Source: Eledone cirrhosa
Taxonomy: Eukaryota
Assembly: GCA_964016885.1 (NCBI GenBank)
Contig: OZ024755.1
Location: forward strand, 16,616,001-16,680,000
Length of the DNA: 64,000 nt
Reading direction: 5' to 3'
Position numbers and translations under genes: made by a program
Notes under the pieces: model-generated
Seen by the model: only the letters and a program-made list of their open reading frames with translations
Databases searched by the model: none
What the model was told of the DNA's origin: nothing
Shown here: one piece after another, positions 41,754 to 53,639 of the stretch
Layout of the letters: each line of letters begins with the position of its first letter
How positions within the stretch are numbered: the first letter of the stretch is position 1

Positions 41754-43049
41754 GGTGTCATGATAAATAGAACCCAGATTGCACTGTAAAGTTATAGTGC
41801 TGGTGTCATGATAAATAGAGTCCAGGTTGCACTGTAAAGTTATAGTGCAGGTGTCATGATAAATAGAACCCAGGTTGCACTGTAAAGTTATAGTGGTGGT
41901 GTCATGATAAATAGAACCCAGGTTGCACTGTAAAGTTATAGTGGTGGTGTCATGATAAATAGAACCCAGGTTGCACTGTAAAGTTATAGTGCTGGTGTCA
42001 TGATAAATAGAACCCAGGTTGCACTGTAAAGTTATAGTGCAGGTGTCATGATAAATAGAACCCAGGTTGCACTGTAAAGTTATAGTGGTGGTGTCATGAT
42101 AAATAGAACCCAGGTTGCACTGTAAAGTTATAGTGCAGGTGTCATGATAAATAGAACCCAGGTTGCACTGTAAAGTTATAGTGCTGGTGTCATGATAAAT
42201 AGAACCCAGGTTGCACTGTAAAGTTATAGTGCTGGTGTCATGATAAATAGAACCCAGGTTGCACTGTAAAGTTATAGTGCAGGTGTCATGATAAATAGAA
42301 CCCAGGTTGCACTGTAAAGTTATAGTGCTGGTGTCATGATAAATAGAACCCAGGTTGCACTGTAAAGTTATAGTGCTGGTGTCATGATAAATAGAACCCA
42401 GATTGCACTGTAAAGTTATAGTGCAGGTGTCATGATAAATAGAACCCAGGTTGCACTGTAAAGTTATAGTGCTGGTGTCATGATAAATAGAACCCAGGTT
42501 GCACTGTAAAGTTATAGTGCAGGTGTCATGATAAATAGAGCCCAGGTTGCACTGTAAAGTTATAGTGGTGGTGTCATGATAAATAGAACCCAGGTTGCAC
42601 TGTAAAGTGATAGTGCTGGTGTCATGATAAATAGAACCCAGGTTGCACTGTAAAGTGATAGTGCTGGTGTCATGATAAATAGAACCCAGGTTGCACTGTA
42701 AAGTTATAGTGCTGGTGTCATGATAAATAGAACCCAGATTGCACTGTAAAGTTATAGTGCAGGTGTCATGATAAATAGAACCCAGGTTGCACTGTAAAGT
42801 TATAGTGCAGGTGTCATGATAAATAGAACCCAGGTTGCACTGTAAAGTTATAGTGCAGGTGTCATGATAAATAGAACCCAGGTTGCACTGTAAAGTTATA
42901 GTGCAGGTGTCATGATAAATAGAACCCAGGTTGCACTGTAAAGTTATAGTGCTGGTGTCATGATAAATAGAACCCAGGTTGCACTGTAAAGTTATAGTGC
43001 AGGTGTCATGATAAATAGAGCCCAGGTTGCACTGTAAAGTGATAGTGCT
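41754..43049. repeat. Homogeneous 48-bp tandem array, 27 copies plus degenerate flanks
   Basis: Unit ggtgtcatgataaatagaacccaggttgcactgtaaagttatagtgc(t/a); 1296 bp = 27 x 48. Confidence 0.95.
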
Positions 43050-44048
43050 GGTGTCATGATGAATAGCACTGAGACTGCACTATAAAGTGGTGGCGCTAGT
43101 GTTGCGATAAAATGTTCTCGGTATATGCTGTAAAGTGGTCTCATATTAGGAAGAAGGAAGGACATCCAGCCATAGAAACCCTGCTAAAAAATATGGGGTG
43201 GGTGGGGTGTGTGGAATGTATGAGCTAGACGTGGTCACCTGAGCAGTCTAGTTACAAAACTAGACAACCAGTCTAACCCACATAAGCTGGTTGTAATGGT
43301 GGTGGTGTTGGTAGTGAACAAATTGAGGGGACCAAATCCTGGTCTCTAAATTGGTGCCATAAATCACTTAGTAACTATAGAAAGTCATAAGAAATGGAAA
43401 TACCTTGGTAATTATGTCAAATTAGAGAGGCAGGCAATGTCTCTCACCCCCCCCCCTCTCGATATATATATATATATATACACACACACGTGTGTACATA
43501 TATATATTTGTGTGTGTGTGTGTGTGTGTGTGCATGTATATATATATATATATTTGTGTGTGTGTGTGCATATGTATATTTGTGTATATATCGTTTAACG
43601 TCTATATATATATATATATATATTTATATATGTGTATATATATATGTGTGTGTGTGTGGGTGTGTGTCCCTGCATGTCTTAAGAAACTAGTAGGTCTGGC
43701 GTCAAGAAGGACGCCCAGCAGTAAATCAATGCCTCAAAAACTTCTGTCCAATTTAACCCAACCCAATACGAGGTGACATGACAATGACAATGATGTGTGT
43801 GTGTTTATATGAGTGTGTATGTGTATGCTCGTATGTGTGTGTGTGTGTATGTCTGTTGATAATTACCCCTGTGTCTAGGTGTTGATAGACACCTGTGTGT
43901 GTGTGTGTGTGTGAGTTGAAAATCACCTGTGTGTTGTATGAGTCTGTGTGTTGAGAGACACCTGTGTGTTCATGTGTGTTAGTCAAATGTGTGTGTATAT
44001 GTGCGTTGATAGGTGCCTGTGTGTGTGTGTGTGTGTGTGTTAGTCAGT

Positions 44049-44103
<55 letters not shown>

Positions 44104-45943
44104 AATTCCTTCTTATTTTTGTGTTATTTAATAATCTGTTTAATCAAGTCAGGGATCTCAAAGCTATTTTAGTTCATTGACCCCTCTTCATGAAATCCTT
44201 TAGCCCCAGGGGCAGGTACATAGATAAATGAATATATATATATCAGAATATAAACAATAACAATTAGACAACAAAGATTTATTACATATAAATTAGAAAC
44301 CTGTATCAACTATTTGTATTTTGTTGTGTTATGTAGTGCGTCTTCATTTCTTATACAAATATCAGGTTTGGGCACAAAAGTCGACCCTTTGGGGACCCCT
44401 AGTTTATATCAGGTTTGGGCACAAAAGTCCAGTCGACACTTTGGGTGGTTACATTCACCACTTTAGGGACCACTAGCTTATATAAGGTTTTGGCACAACA
44501 CACACACACACACACAGTATGGAACCATCTTACTGTGATTGATCACTTTGGGATGGGGTCTTATTAAATCATAGTAACTGAATGAAAATATTAAGAAATA
44601 ACAGAATTAATCTTTGGTACAATTTATCTTCGTGCCATGTGCTACTACCGCCTACTTCAAAATATGCAATTTCTCAGACTGACACAGCTAGCACTTTTGT
44701 AATGGGACTTCTGGCAGGTGGCTTGATTTCTGCAATTGCGCTGCCAAGGTGGTGGCTGAGCAGATGTGTTTTTTGGTTGGGGCGTGTAATGCTGAAATTG
44801 ATGTCATTTAATGAAGAATAGTTTATGGCAGTATCGGTAGAGCGTCGGACACCATGCTTTACAGCATAGAGTTATGACCCTTTACGGTCTGAGTTCAAAT
44901 CCCGCCGAGGTTAACTTTGCCTTTCATCCTTACGGGGTCGATAAATTAAAGTACCAGTAATGCACGGTTATAATTGTTGGCCTTGTGCCAAAAGTAGAAA
45001 CAATTATTACTATGCATTAGCTAGGGTTCCGGGGAACACCTGTTGAGAAACACTGCTCTAGTGGCTTAGATAATTTAATTTGCAGGCTTTGTCCGCGAAA
45101 CTCCATCTCCAGAAGTTTATGGGATGGCATTCCTCAAGAGAAAATCCCAAATTTTTAACAGCCGTCATAGACGAGCCTTTTAAAAAAAAATATTTGGTCC
45201 TTTTTTTCAAACATGACTGTCAACTTTCTTATTCAAAGGTAATCTCACCCAAGTTGCTTCCCCTACACCCATGTAGCGGTTTCACGACCCGAAAACGTCA
45301 CACAATGATATAATGCTACACATCCAATGGGAATCTAGTTAACTGGTTGACTATTAAAGACCCACCTTCCAAACCGAACATAGCAAAGGTTCCACCTGTC
45401 GCTGGCATGTGATCGATTAAACACGTGTGTTTCATGCCGATGAAACTCTTATTAATGGCTGTGTGAGTCATTAACTGCATATCTACACCCATACTATTTA
45501 CATATACACACCACATACATATATAGACACACACACACACACATATGTGGGTGGGTGGTACACACGTGACCGTGTGAAGATTTTACAAAGCAGACGTGAG
45601 AATATATGACACGACTGAATGAATCGTCTATGTCACTTTATGAAAGAAAAGTTTTTTGTTTGTTTGTTGGTTGGTGTTTCTTGACTTTGTTTTTTTTTCA
45701 TATATTTCTCCCAGATTTTATATACGTCGCATATCGTTAGTTAGACCTACACAGCACAAAGCCTACCCACCTAGGTAAAAAGCGTTCTAATCCATCCGGT
45801 ATATATATATATATATATATATACATACACATATACCAACAGCCAATCTCTCTCTCTCTGATTGGCAGTTGGTATATATGTAAACTTATATATATATATA
45901 CTAATAAAGAGGACGATTTGTTAGGTCTTCATTACGTTTATTG

Positions 45944-46023
45944 AGTAGTGACGCGCGTTTCGCGATTGATCAGCTCAAGGTTCGATCTGTATCGATCTGG
46001 CATCAAAAGCTCATCGGACTTCT
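45944..46023 (-). ncRNA. Type I hammerhead ribozyme motif (family D) with long stem II and U4C core variant
   Basis: Minus strand AGAAGU-CCGAUGA-GC..UUGAU..CAG...CUG-AUCAA..GC-GAAA-CGCGCG-UC^ACUACU, then AAUAAA; stem III ACGCGCGU is a perfect palindrome. Confidence 0.7.
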
Positions 46024-46807
46024 GTTTTAAATACCTATACACACACCTACAGCCAATATATATATATATATTATATATATATATATATAATATATACATA
46101 TATATATATATATGCAATACATATATATACACATACATACATACAAATGCCTATACACACATACACACACGAACCAGGAATGTATAATTGTTAAGGTACC
46201 AGATTAATTTACACCGTCCAAATTTTAGTGTCGCGGCCATAATTCACAAAAACTAATTTTTAAAGCATTATAGAAACACATACGCAAAAGGAGAGGGTGA
46301 TCAACAGGAAACTATATATTTATATGTGCATATATATATATATATATATATAAAAGAAAGAGGTGTTTATATATATATGTGTGTGTGTACATATATATAT
46401 ATATATATGTGCGTGTGTATGCGTGTATATATATGTGTGTGTGATTGAGAGAGAGGTATGTATATGATTTCCTGTCGTTCAATCTTTCTCTTTTTTTTTC
46501 GCTCTCTCAAGCAACAGGCAGGAGAAATAAGAGAGAGAAAGAAAAGGAGTAGGCTGTGAACGGAAAAGGAAGTCGGATTACAATTACATGATGGTGTTGG
46601 TGACATCGACAAGCGCAAGACTGGCGCTCTATGGAATGCTGGGATACTTGTTGGTTTATATGTGAAAGTGGTGGTGGTGGTGATGGGGGGAGAGGGAGCA
46701 CTTGCGCGAATTTTTATTATTATTGAAGAAGCTTGAAAAGTACACACACACACATATATTCATGTGTGAATGTAATATATATATATTTATTTGTGTGTGT
46801 GTATGCA

Positions 46808-46841
<34 letters not shown>

Positions 46842-46867
46842 TCATCTTTGACTTTCAATTTTCTCAT

Positions 46868-46919
46868 GACAGGCTAAAGAAATTGGGCTCCAGAACCCAA
46901 CGAAACTTGAGTACCTGTC
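46868..46919 (+). ncRNA. Hammerhead relic (family B), core mutated to CUAAAGA
   Basis: GACAGG-CUAAAGA-aaUUGGG(cuccagaa)CCCAAc-GAAA-CUUGAG-UA^CCUGUC; the stems are intact but core G5 is lost. Confidence 0.65.
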
Positions 46920-46936
46920 TTTGTCACTGTTGTAAT

Positions 46937-46970
<34 letters not shown>

Positions 46971-47239
46971 TGGTGTGTTACTAATGCACCTCTGGTATAT
47001 TTTTCTTTTAATCATTTAAGTTTGGCAGCAATGTGTTGTGTCTGTTAATTCGATCCAGATTATTTATTCAGTTAGCCAGTTTTACCATGGTTTTACCGTA
47101 TCATTATATGGTTAATACAGCTTTTGATTTTTGGTTATTTTAATACCTAATTAATGATTGTAATAACGAAAAAAAAAAAATTCGTAGTTGTGTTTGAGTT
47201 TTTATATATTATCTCCTTTATCCCCCCCCTCTCTCTCTC

Positions 47240-47270
<31 letters not shown>

Positions 47271-47318
47271 GGGGGGATAAAGGAGATAATATATAAAAAC
47301 TCGAACACTCTCTCTCTC

Positions 47319-47355
<37 letters not shown>

Positions 47356-47838
47356 GAGATATTAGTTAAAAGCAAAGGATGGAAAAAAAAGCTAAGTGGG
47401 TGGGTGAAGCTAAGAGAAGCTTAACCGATCTGAAAAGTTTCGCACAAACTTCTAATCTGTCAAAAACGTCTCGTTGTTGATTGGTTGCTTTACAAACCTC
47501 CTCTTCGCCCCCTTCTCAGTGCTCTCACATTCCTTAATGTTATAAGCGCTGGGATTTATTTAGAATACGTATAGGTTGTTGATGATGATGACGACTATGG
47601 TAGTGGTGGTTATTTTATTTATTTGTTTTGCTTGGGCAGTGGTGAAGGCTTGTGTGTGCAGGAAAGAATATATATATATATATTTAACAGGTTGAAAAGT
47701 TGGTCCTCCAAACGAACGAACGAACGAAACGTACGTTCATGGTACTGCTTCTGGCCTTAATGATTTCCGATTTAGCTACAAGGCCAGCAATTTTGAACTG
47801 GTCCTAATAATTATATATATATAAATATATATATATAT

Positions 47839-48024
47839 AACAAAGAAGGTGCGGTAAGATACCAGGTGGACCACATAACGCACCAGAGTACTCGATACTT
47901 AGGGTAGTAGAGTGGGTAACAGGAAAAGAGTCAGGACCCCCGACGGCTGAGCTCCGGCCGTCTTGACAGCTAGATCTAGCTGCCGAAACGGCCGGAGCTC
48001 AGCCGTCGGGGTCCTGACTATTTT

Positions 48025-48027
<3 letters not shown>
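47839..48027. mobile_element. (TA)n-embedded element ending in a GC-rich ~105-nt hairpin (family G; copies ~6949-7087, 32843-32950, 39356-39556, 56279-56370)
   Basis: Shared cagagtactcgatactt.gggtagtagagt segment; inverted repeat 47921-48027; most copies are flanked by (TA)n. Confidence 0.75.
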
Positions 48028-48080
<53 letters not shown>

Positions 48081-48135
48081 AAAGTAGAGTGTAAATATTT
48101 ATGGCTATGTAGCGAGTCTTGCTACTCTGGAGTGT

Positions 48136-48184
48136 CTTGTTTGATGACCCTGTGAGTGTGCAGGTGAAACTTCAAAGTAGCAAG
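48136..48184 (+). ncRNA. Hammerhead relic (family A), core UUGAUGA, truncated by a SINE
   Basis: CUUGU-UUGAUGA-cCCUG..CAGGu-GAAA-CUU(ca)AAG-UA^GCAAG; the upstream accaaagtagagt..gagtcttg flank is homologous to 14345-14635. Confidence 0.6.
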
Positions 48185-50066
48185 TCCCTGACCGCCGATA
48201 TTGTCCAAGGGAAAGACAAAAGGTCGACACGGCTTGGCACCAGTGACGTCAGAACAACTCATTTTTCCCAACTGAGTAGGTTGGAATAACGTCCGAGAGT
48301 CGAACTCTCGACCCTTATAATACTGAGCCCAACACACTAGCCTACCTTCAATATACACATGTCAGCGGTGGCAATTACAACTAAGGATTGTATAAAATAT
48401 AAGAGGGACGGGGACGGTAAGGTTATGTATGTAGGGGTATTTAAAATGCCTGTTAAGTTAGTTGAGTTGTTGCTTGCTGTTTGGTTCCCACTAAATCAAT
48501 TCGGTCGGTGTATGTAACAAGAAATCTCAACAAAAACTACCCAACTGGTGGTGTTGGCAGCTGTGTAATATAGCAGTATTTTGGTGTTTAGGGGGTGTTT
48601 GAACTCTACGATTATGAGTTCGATTTCTGGTGGGGCGTTGTGTCCTTGAGCAAGACACTTTATTTCCTATTGTTACAGTACACTCAGCTGACAAAAATAA
48701 AATGTACCTGTAATTCATTTAGTGTTTGGAGTACGAAAATAGCCCACTTAGTATTATCTATTCTGCTAGCTCAACTCCGCCTTTCATCCAATCAAGGTCG
48801 ATAGAAAAAAGTACCAGTCTAGTATTGAGGTCGATTCTTCCTCTGTCTCTTTTTAAAGGTAATAAATGAATCAACGAAGCAGTCTGTACGTGGTTGCTCG
48901 ATCTGCTAGAAATAACAGCCACATTTTGCTCAATTCATAGTCTACCGTCGTATAAATACGACGATATCGATCTTTTGATATGTCCAACATTTTGAGGGTG
49001 ACTGTGCCCTCATATGTAGACACGGCTCTGGCTTGGTCTCTTTGGCTACAGTTACTTTTGCACCATCATCACAAATACTTATGAGTTGTAAGTTGTCATT
49101 GAGGCGGCATGCTTTCTCTTGCTCACTTGAGACAGATTTTCATCATCGTACAGTGCTGTCTCCCTCTCGTCACGTATCCCTCCTCCCTCTACAACCAATA
49201 CATCTTTTAAGCATTCGCTATTAGTTGTGACAAAACTAGTTTTAACAGACGTAAAGCATTCAACGTGGCTTTGTTAGTTAACTTTACATCCCTATAAACT
49301 GACATCTGGAAGAAAATAATGATAATGGTAAAGTTTTTGCAATGTCTATTTAAATAAAAAGTAAAGAATGAAAAACAAATAGCTAGGCCATTTCGGCTTT
49401 TACCAAGTTTGCTGCGCGCACACACATATATATATATATATGGTGGGTTTATAATATATGTGTGTGCGTGTTATATACAGTTTTTCCCCTCTTCGCTTGA
49501 ACTTTTGAACTAACTGTCTTAACTTACTGACAGGAAACGAATCTGATTAAAATTATCCATGTGTTTCTCTAAGACTGCCTTCGTGGGGCCTGCCTACATT
49601 CTCTCCCCCCACTCTCTGCTTGCATTCTCTCTCTCTCGTCTGTCACCCATCCGTTTCTTACTCCACCCCTCTCTTACTAACTCTAGTTTTATCTTTTTCT
49701 CGCTTTCTCTTTCTTTGTTGTAAATATATTCTCTCCCTAACTTTCTCTGTTTCCTTCTTCCTCATCCTTCTGTCTATTCTCTTCATTTTAATTTCTCCTT
49801 TTTTTTCTTTCTTTCTTTCTTTCTTTCCTTTCTATTTCTCTCGGGTGAAGGGGGGGGGGGGGGGGGGGGGGCATATTATCCCAACTTTTTTTTAGTTATC
49901 AGAACCGTCTACTTCCAGTTACTTGCCATAATCCTCATTTTTCTGTTTTTTTAAATATATATATATATATATTTTGTATTTTTTTGCAACATAACCATTT
50001 TTTACTTATTTATTAATTTTTTTTGCTTCTACCTTTATCTGCAACTTCCTCTTATATCATTAAATT

Positions 50067-50115
<49 letters not shown>

Positions 50116-50674
50116 TAATATATGTATGGTGGGTTGTACGCATTAAATATACATACATATATATATAGTGTCTGTGTGTGTTAAAATGATAAAAATAACA
50201 TTTTTTTCTCTCTTAGTTTATATTTTCTTAATTCATTGCTTCATACTTCTTCCATCATTACTACTAACTCCTCCACCCCACCATCTTTAGTTACTTAGTC
50301 CCCTCATTCCTTCGTCGTTAACCCCTTTCTTTCCCCCTCCGTCATATACACACTAACACTCTGTCTCTATTTCACTTCAGCCACTTTCCTCTTACCTCAT
50401 CCCCTCTCTCCTCGTTTATCTCCTGCTTTCCTCCCCTTCCATTTCCTGTTTCCCTTTCTTTATTCCCCCTCTCTACCACATTCTCTTTCTATCTGTCTCT
50501 CCTGTTGCTGATGTTTTTAATACTTCCACCTTTACCCTTTCACCATTGACATTCTCTGCTATTGCCTAATCTGTTTAGGTGGATGGCCGGCTCTCTCTCG
50601 CTAGTTCTGGATTCCAGTACAGCCCTCCCCTCCACACACACTCTCTCTCTCTCTCAATTACAACACTGACATGC

Positions 50675-50724
50675 ACAGGTACTTAAGTTTCGTTGGGTTG
50701 ATTATCCCAACTCATTCAGCCTGT
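50675..50724 (-). ncRNA. Type I hammerhead ribozyme motif (family B) with a one-base core insertion; decayed inverted partner at ~50735-50780 on +
   Basis: Minus strand ACAGG-CUGAAUGA-GUUGGG(auaaucaa)CCCAAC-GAAA-CUUAAG-UA^CCUGU: perfect stems I and II, palindromic stem III ACUUAAGU. Confidence 0.78.
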
Positions 50725-51987
50725 CATAAAAAGAAAAACGAGGTGGGGATAAATAACCCAACGAAACTTAAGTACCTCTGTTGTAACTAAATATACTTAA
50801 CTCGTCCTATAGACTGAGTGTTCTAAATCCTTGGATATTTATACCAAATTTATATTGCTATATATATATTGAAACCGACGGAGTTCCATTTTATTCTATT
50901 CCACTAGTGAGTTTTTTGTACGCTGGCGTCATCTCTACCTTGCGATCGTGGTCGTGAGCCGAAAACTCTAACCACTAAGCCGTGTGCCTTCTCATAAGAT
51001 ATCTAGCCTGACCTTCGTTAAAGAGTCATGTCTTCATGTGCCTAGAAATAAAACAATACTGTTTGTCATATTGTAGTCTGGGAGTTTAATCGTCTGTAAA
51101 TGCCTGTCTCTATCTATTCAGACACTGGGTAGGTTCACGAATGGCATGATGCATATAATTCCTTGCTTATTCCCAGAAATTTCTCACATAAAACGCCGAA
51201 GAATTGGTACTGTGAAGGCGCCTGATCTTAGTGGTTAGAGCGTTGGATTCGCAATCTTGGAGTTGTAAATTCGATTCCAGAACCGGGCGGAGCGTTGTGT
51301 CCTTGAGCAAGACTTTATTTCACGTTTGCTCCAGTTCGCTCAGCTGTAGAAATGAGTTGCGACGTCACTGGTGCCAAGCTGTATCCGCCATTGCCTTTCT
51401 CTTGGACAACATTGGTGGGATGGAGAGGGGAGAGTGGTATGCATAAGGCGACTACTGATCTTCCACAAAAATTGCCCGGGCTTTTGCCTCCGAGTAAAAC
51501 TTTCTAGGTGCAAATCCCATGGTCATTCGTGATTGAAAAGAAGGGTCTTTATCCTTCAATTGATAACTATTAAAATAGCTGTTTGTTATTTTTGTTAAGG
51601 CATAGTATATCTAGAACTACATTATCCAATGCATCCTTCCTTACTGAGACTTGTAGTGTCCCAACCTTTTTATTTAAATTCATTTTTCTACAGACCCTAC
51701 AATTGCCACCTGCCCCCTACTCAAATTGTTATACAGCAAAAATAACAATGAAAAGGGACAACTGTATACCCAATAGTGTATATTATGTTTTTAACAAAGT
51801 ACCTAGAAACTGTTTCGTCTCTCATCGGGAATATATATATATATATATTAGTTACAAAAGTGACATATACAGGTACTTAAGTACTTGTATATGTCACAGT
51901 TGTAACTAATTATACTTAACTAGCCCTATGGACTAAGTGCTCTTACCCTTGGATATTTCTACCAAACTTATACTACAGTGTGTGTAT

Positions 51988-52029
<42 letters not shown>

Positions 52030-53047
52030 TGTAGTACCTGTATCAAATCGTAAGGTGTATGTACGCTTAATAATAGTGTGTGTGTGAATGGGAGTATGTG
52101 TCGTGTAGTAACTATATATATATATACGCATAGAAACAGATTATATATATATATATATATATATAATCTGTTTCTATGCGTATGTGTTTCTTTTTTTTTT
52201 ATTATTTGTGTCGGTGTATGTGTATTTTGTCTGTGAAAGTTATCGAGAGAAATGTAAACAGCTAGACAGAAGCTTATAAGCTAGGTGTCTACCTAGTTAC
52301 CGTCTGAAAATAGCCCTCCTACCTCTTGAAAACTACCAGAGCTTTGACCTGCTCCCCGGAGAAAATTAGTCATCTCGTACTGAATGAGCTTCGAGCTTCT
52401 CCACAGTTCTCTCCTCTCACTCTCTCACGCTTTGTGTCTTTTTCTCTTTTGTTCTCTCTGTCTGTTAGATTATTTCTTATTTTCTTTTTCCTTCCTTTCT
52501 CTCCCTCTCTTTGTGTGTATTTCCCTATCGCTCTGCAAGCTATACTAACATTTATCTGTGTAGTTCTCAGGACATAGTCAAGGGAGATAACTACGGATTA
52601 CTTTCTATCACCGACTTTGATGGTGGACATTCAGTAATTATACACCTGTGTGAGTTGGTTGTTGTGTTTTGTTGTTTAGCCCCCAGGTCAACTTTAATCG
52701 ACCAAATAAAAGCCATTCCAGTCGTGATCATCCCGTTTTTTTTTTGTTTTTGTTAGAGCTGTCATATATTGGACTCGAGGTCAACTTTGCTTTCCATCCA
52801 TTTCAGGTCGATAAAAAAAAAGTACCAGTCAAATACTGGAGATCGATTCTTCCTCCATATATCTTTCTCACTTCCATTCTCTCTCTCCCTAACATTGTCT
52901 GGAAGAAATCTGCTGCATTCAGATTTGGATAGGAGATGGGCTCCACCAGGTTTTACAAGATGCCCTAGAAACGCCGTATATCAATACGGTGCCCCTACGA
53001 CTCCCCTCCCACAGGAGTTACAGGACTAATGCATGCATATATTAGAT

Positions 53048-53252
53048 TACGAGGGTCAGCTGAAAAGCTCATATGCTGACCAAGATACTCTCATGGAATG
53101 ACCAAATGAGATTCATTTTTCAACATAGTCCCTCATTAGAAAGAAACAATGCAGTAATTAATATGAAGAGTTGAAATTCAAACATGCAAGATTTCACAGC
53201 ACTAACATCACACCTTCATAGTAGGCCTATGAATTTTTCAGCCCACCCGCCT
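53048..53252. mobile_element. Mariner-type MITE; second copy in opposite orientation at ~54799-55030
   Basis: TIR-like ends taCGAGGGtcaGCTGAAAAGcTCATA ... TATGAAtTTTTCAGCCCACCC; internal ctctcatggaatgaccaaat is shared, reverse-complemented, with the second copy. Confidence 0.7.
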
Positions 53253-53608
53253 ACGTTAGCCAATACGTCTATTCTTCTTCCCCCAAGAACAGGGGAGTAA
53301 AAATTTGAGAAAGATGTGGCTGTTATTTCTAACAGACGTGAGAGACTCCCTGGCTGGTGGTTGTGTGATATTATTGTTGAATGGCAAGAATGTAGGCTTC
53401 ACTCATTTGAATTACGACAGGCAGACAGTGGCAGGGGAGGGGATTGCTTTTCTGGCGTACGTCGAACCGTACATCACCACATCACCCATTAACTTATTTT
53501 TTAAAATCTAATTTCATGCCATTGGTCCAATTGAATTATTTTCCTTAGCTATATATATATATATATATACATCATACATACACACACACACGTGTATATA
53601 TACATATG

Positions 53609-53639
<31 letters not shown>

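Noticed and set aside
41754-43049. CRISPR-like regular array
   Set aside because: Head-to-tail near-identical units with no unique spacers, no cas genes, eukaryotic intron context.
51797-51830. Possible further hammerheads on the - strand (CCGAUGA-gagac-GAAA here; UGAUGA-uuucuaaagaau-GAAA at ~39700-39740) and GAAACCGACGGUC at ~16150
   Set aside because: Stems I and II cannot be formed convincingly. They may be very decayed relics but are not supportable individually.
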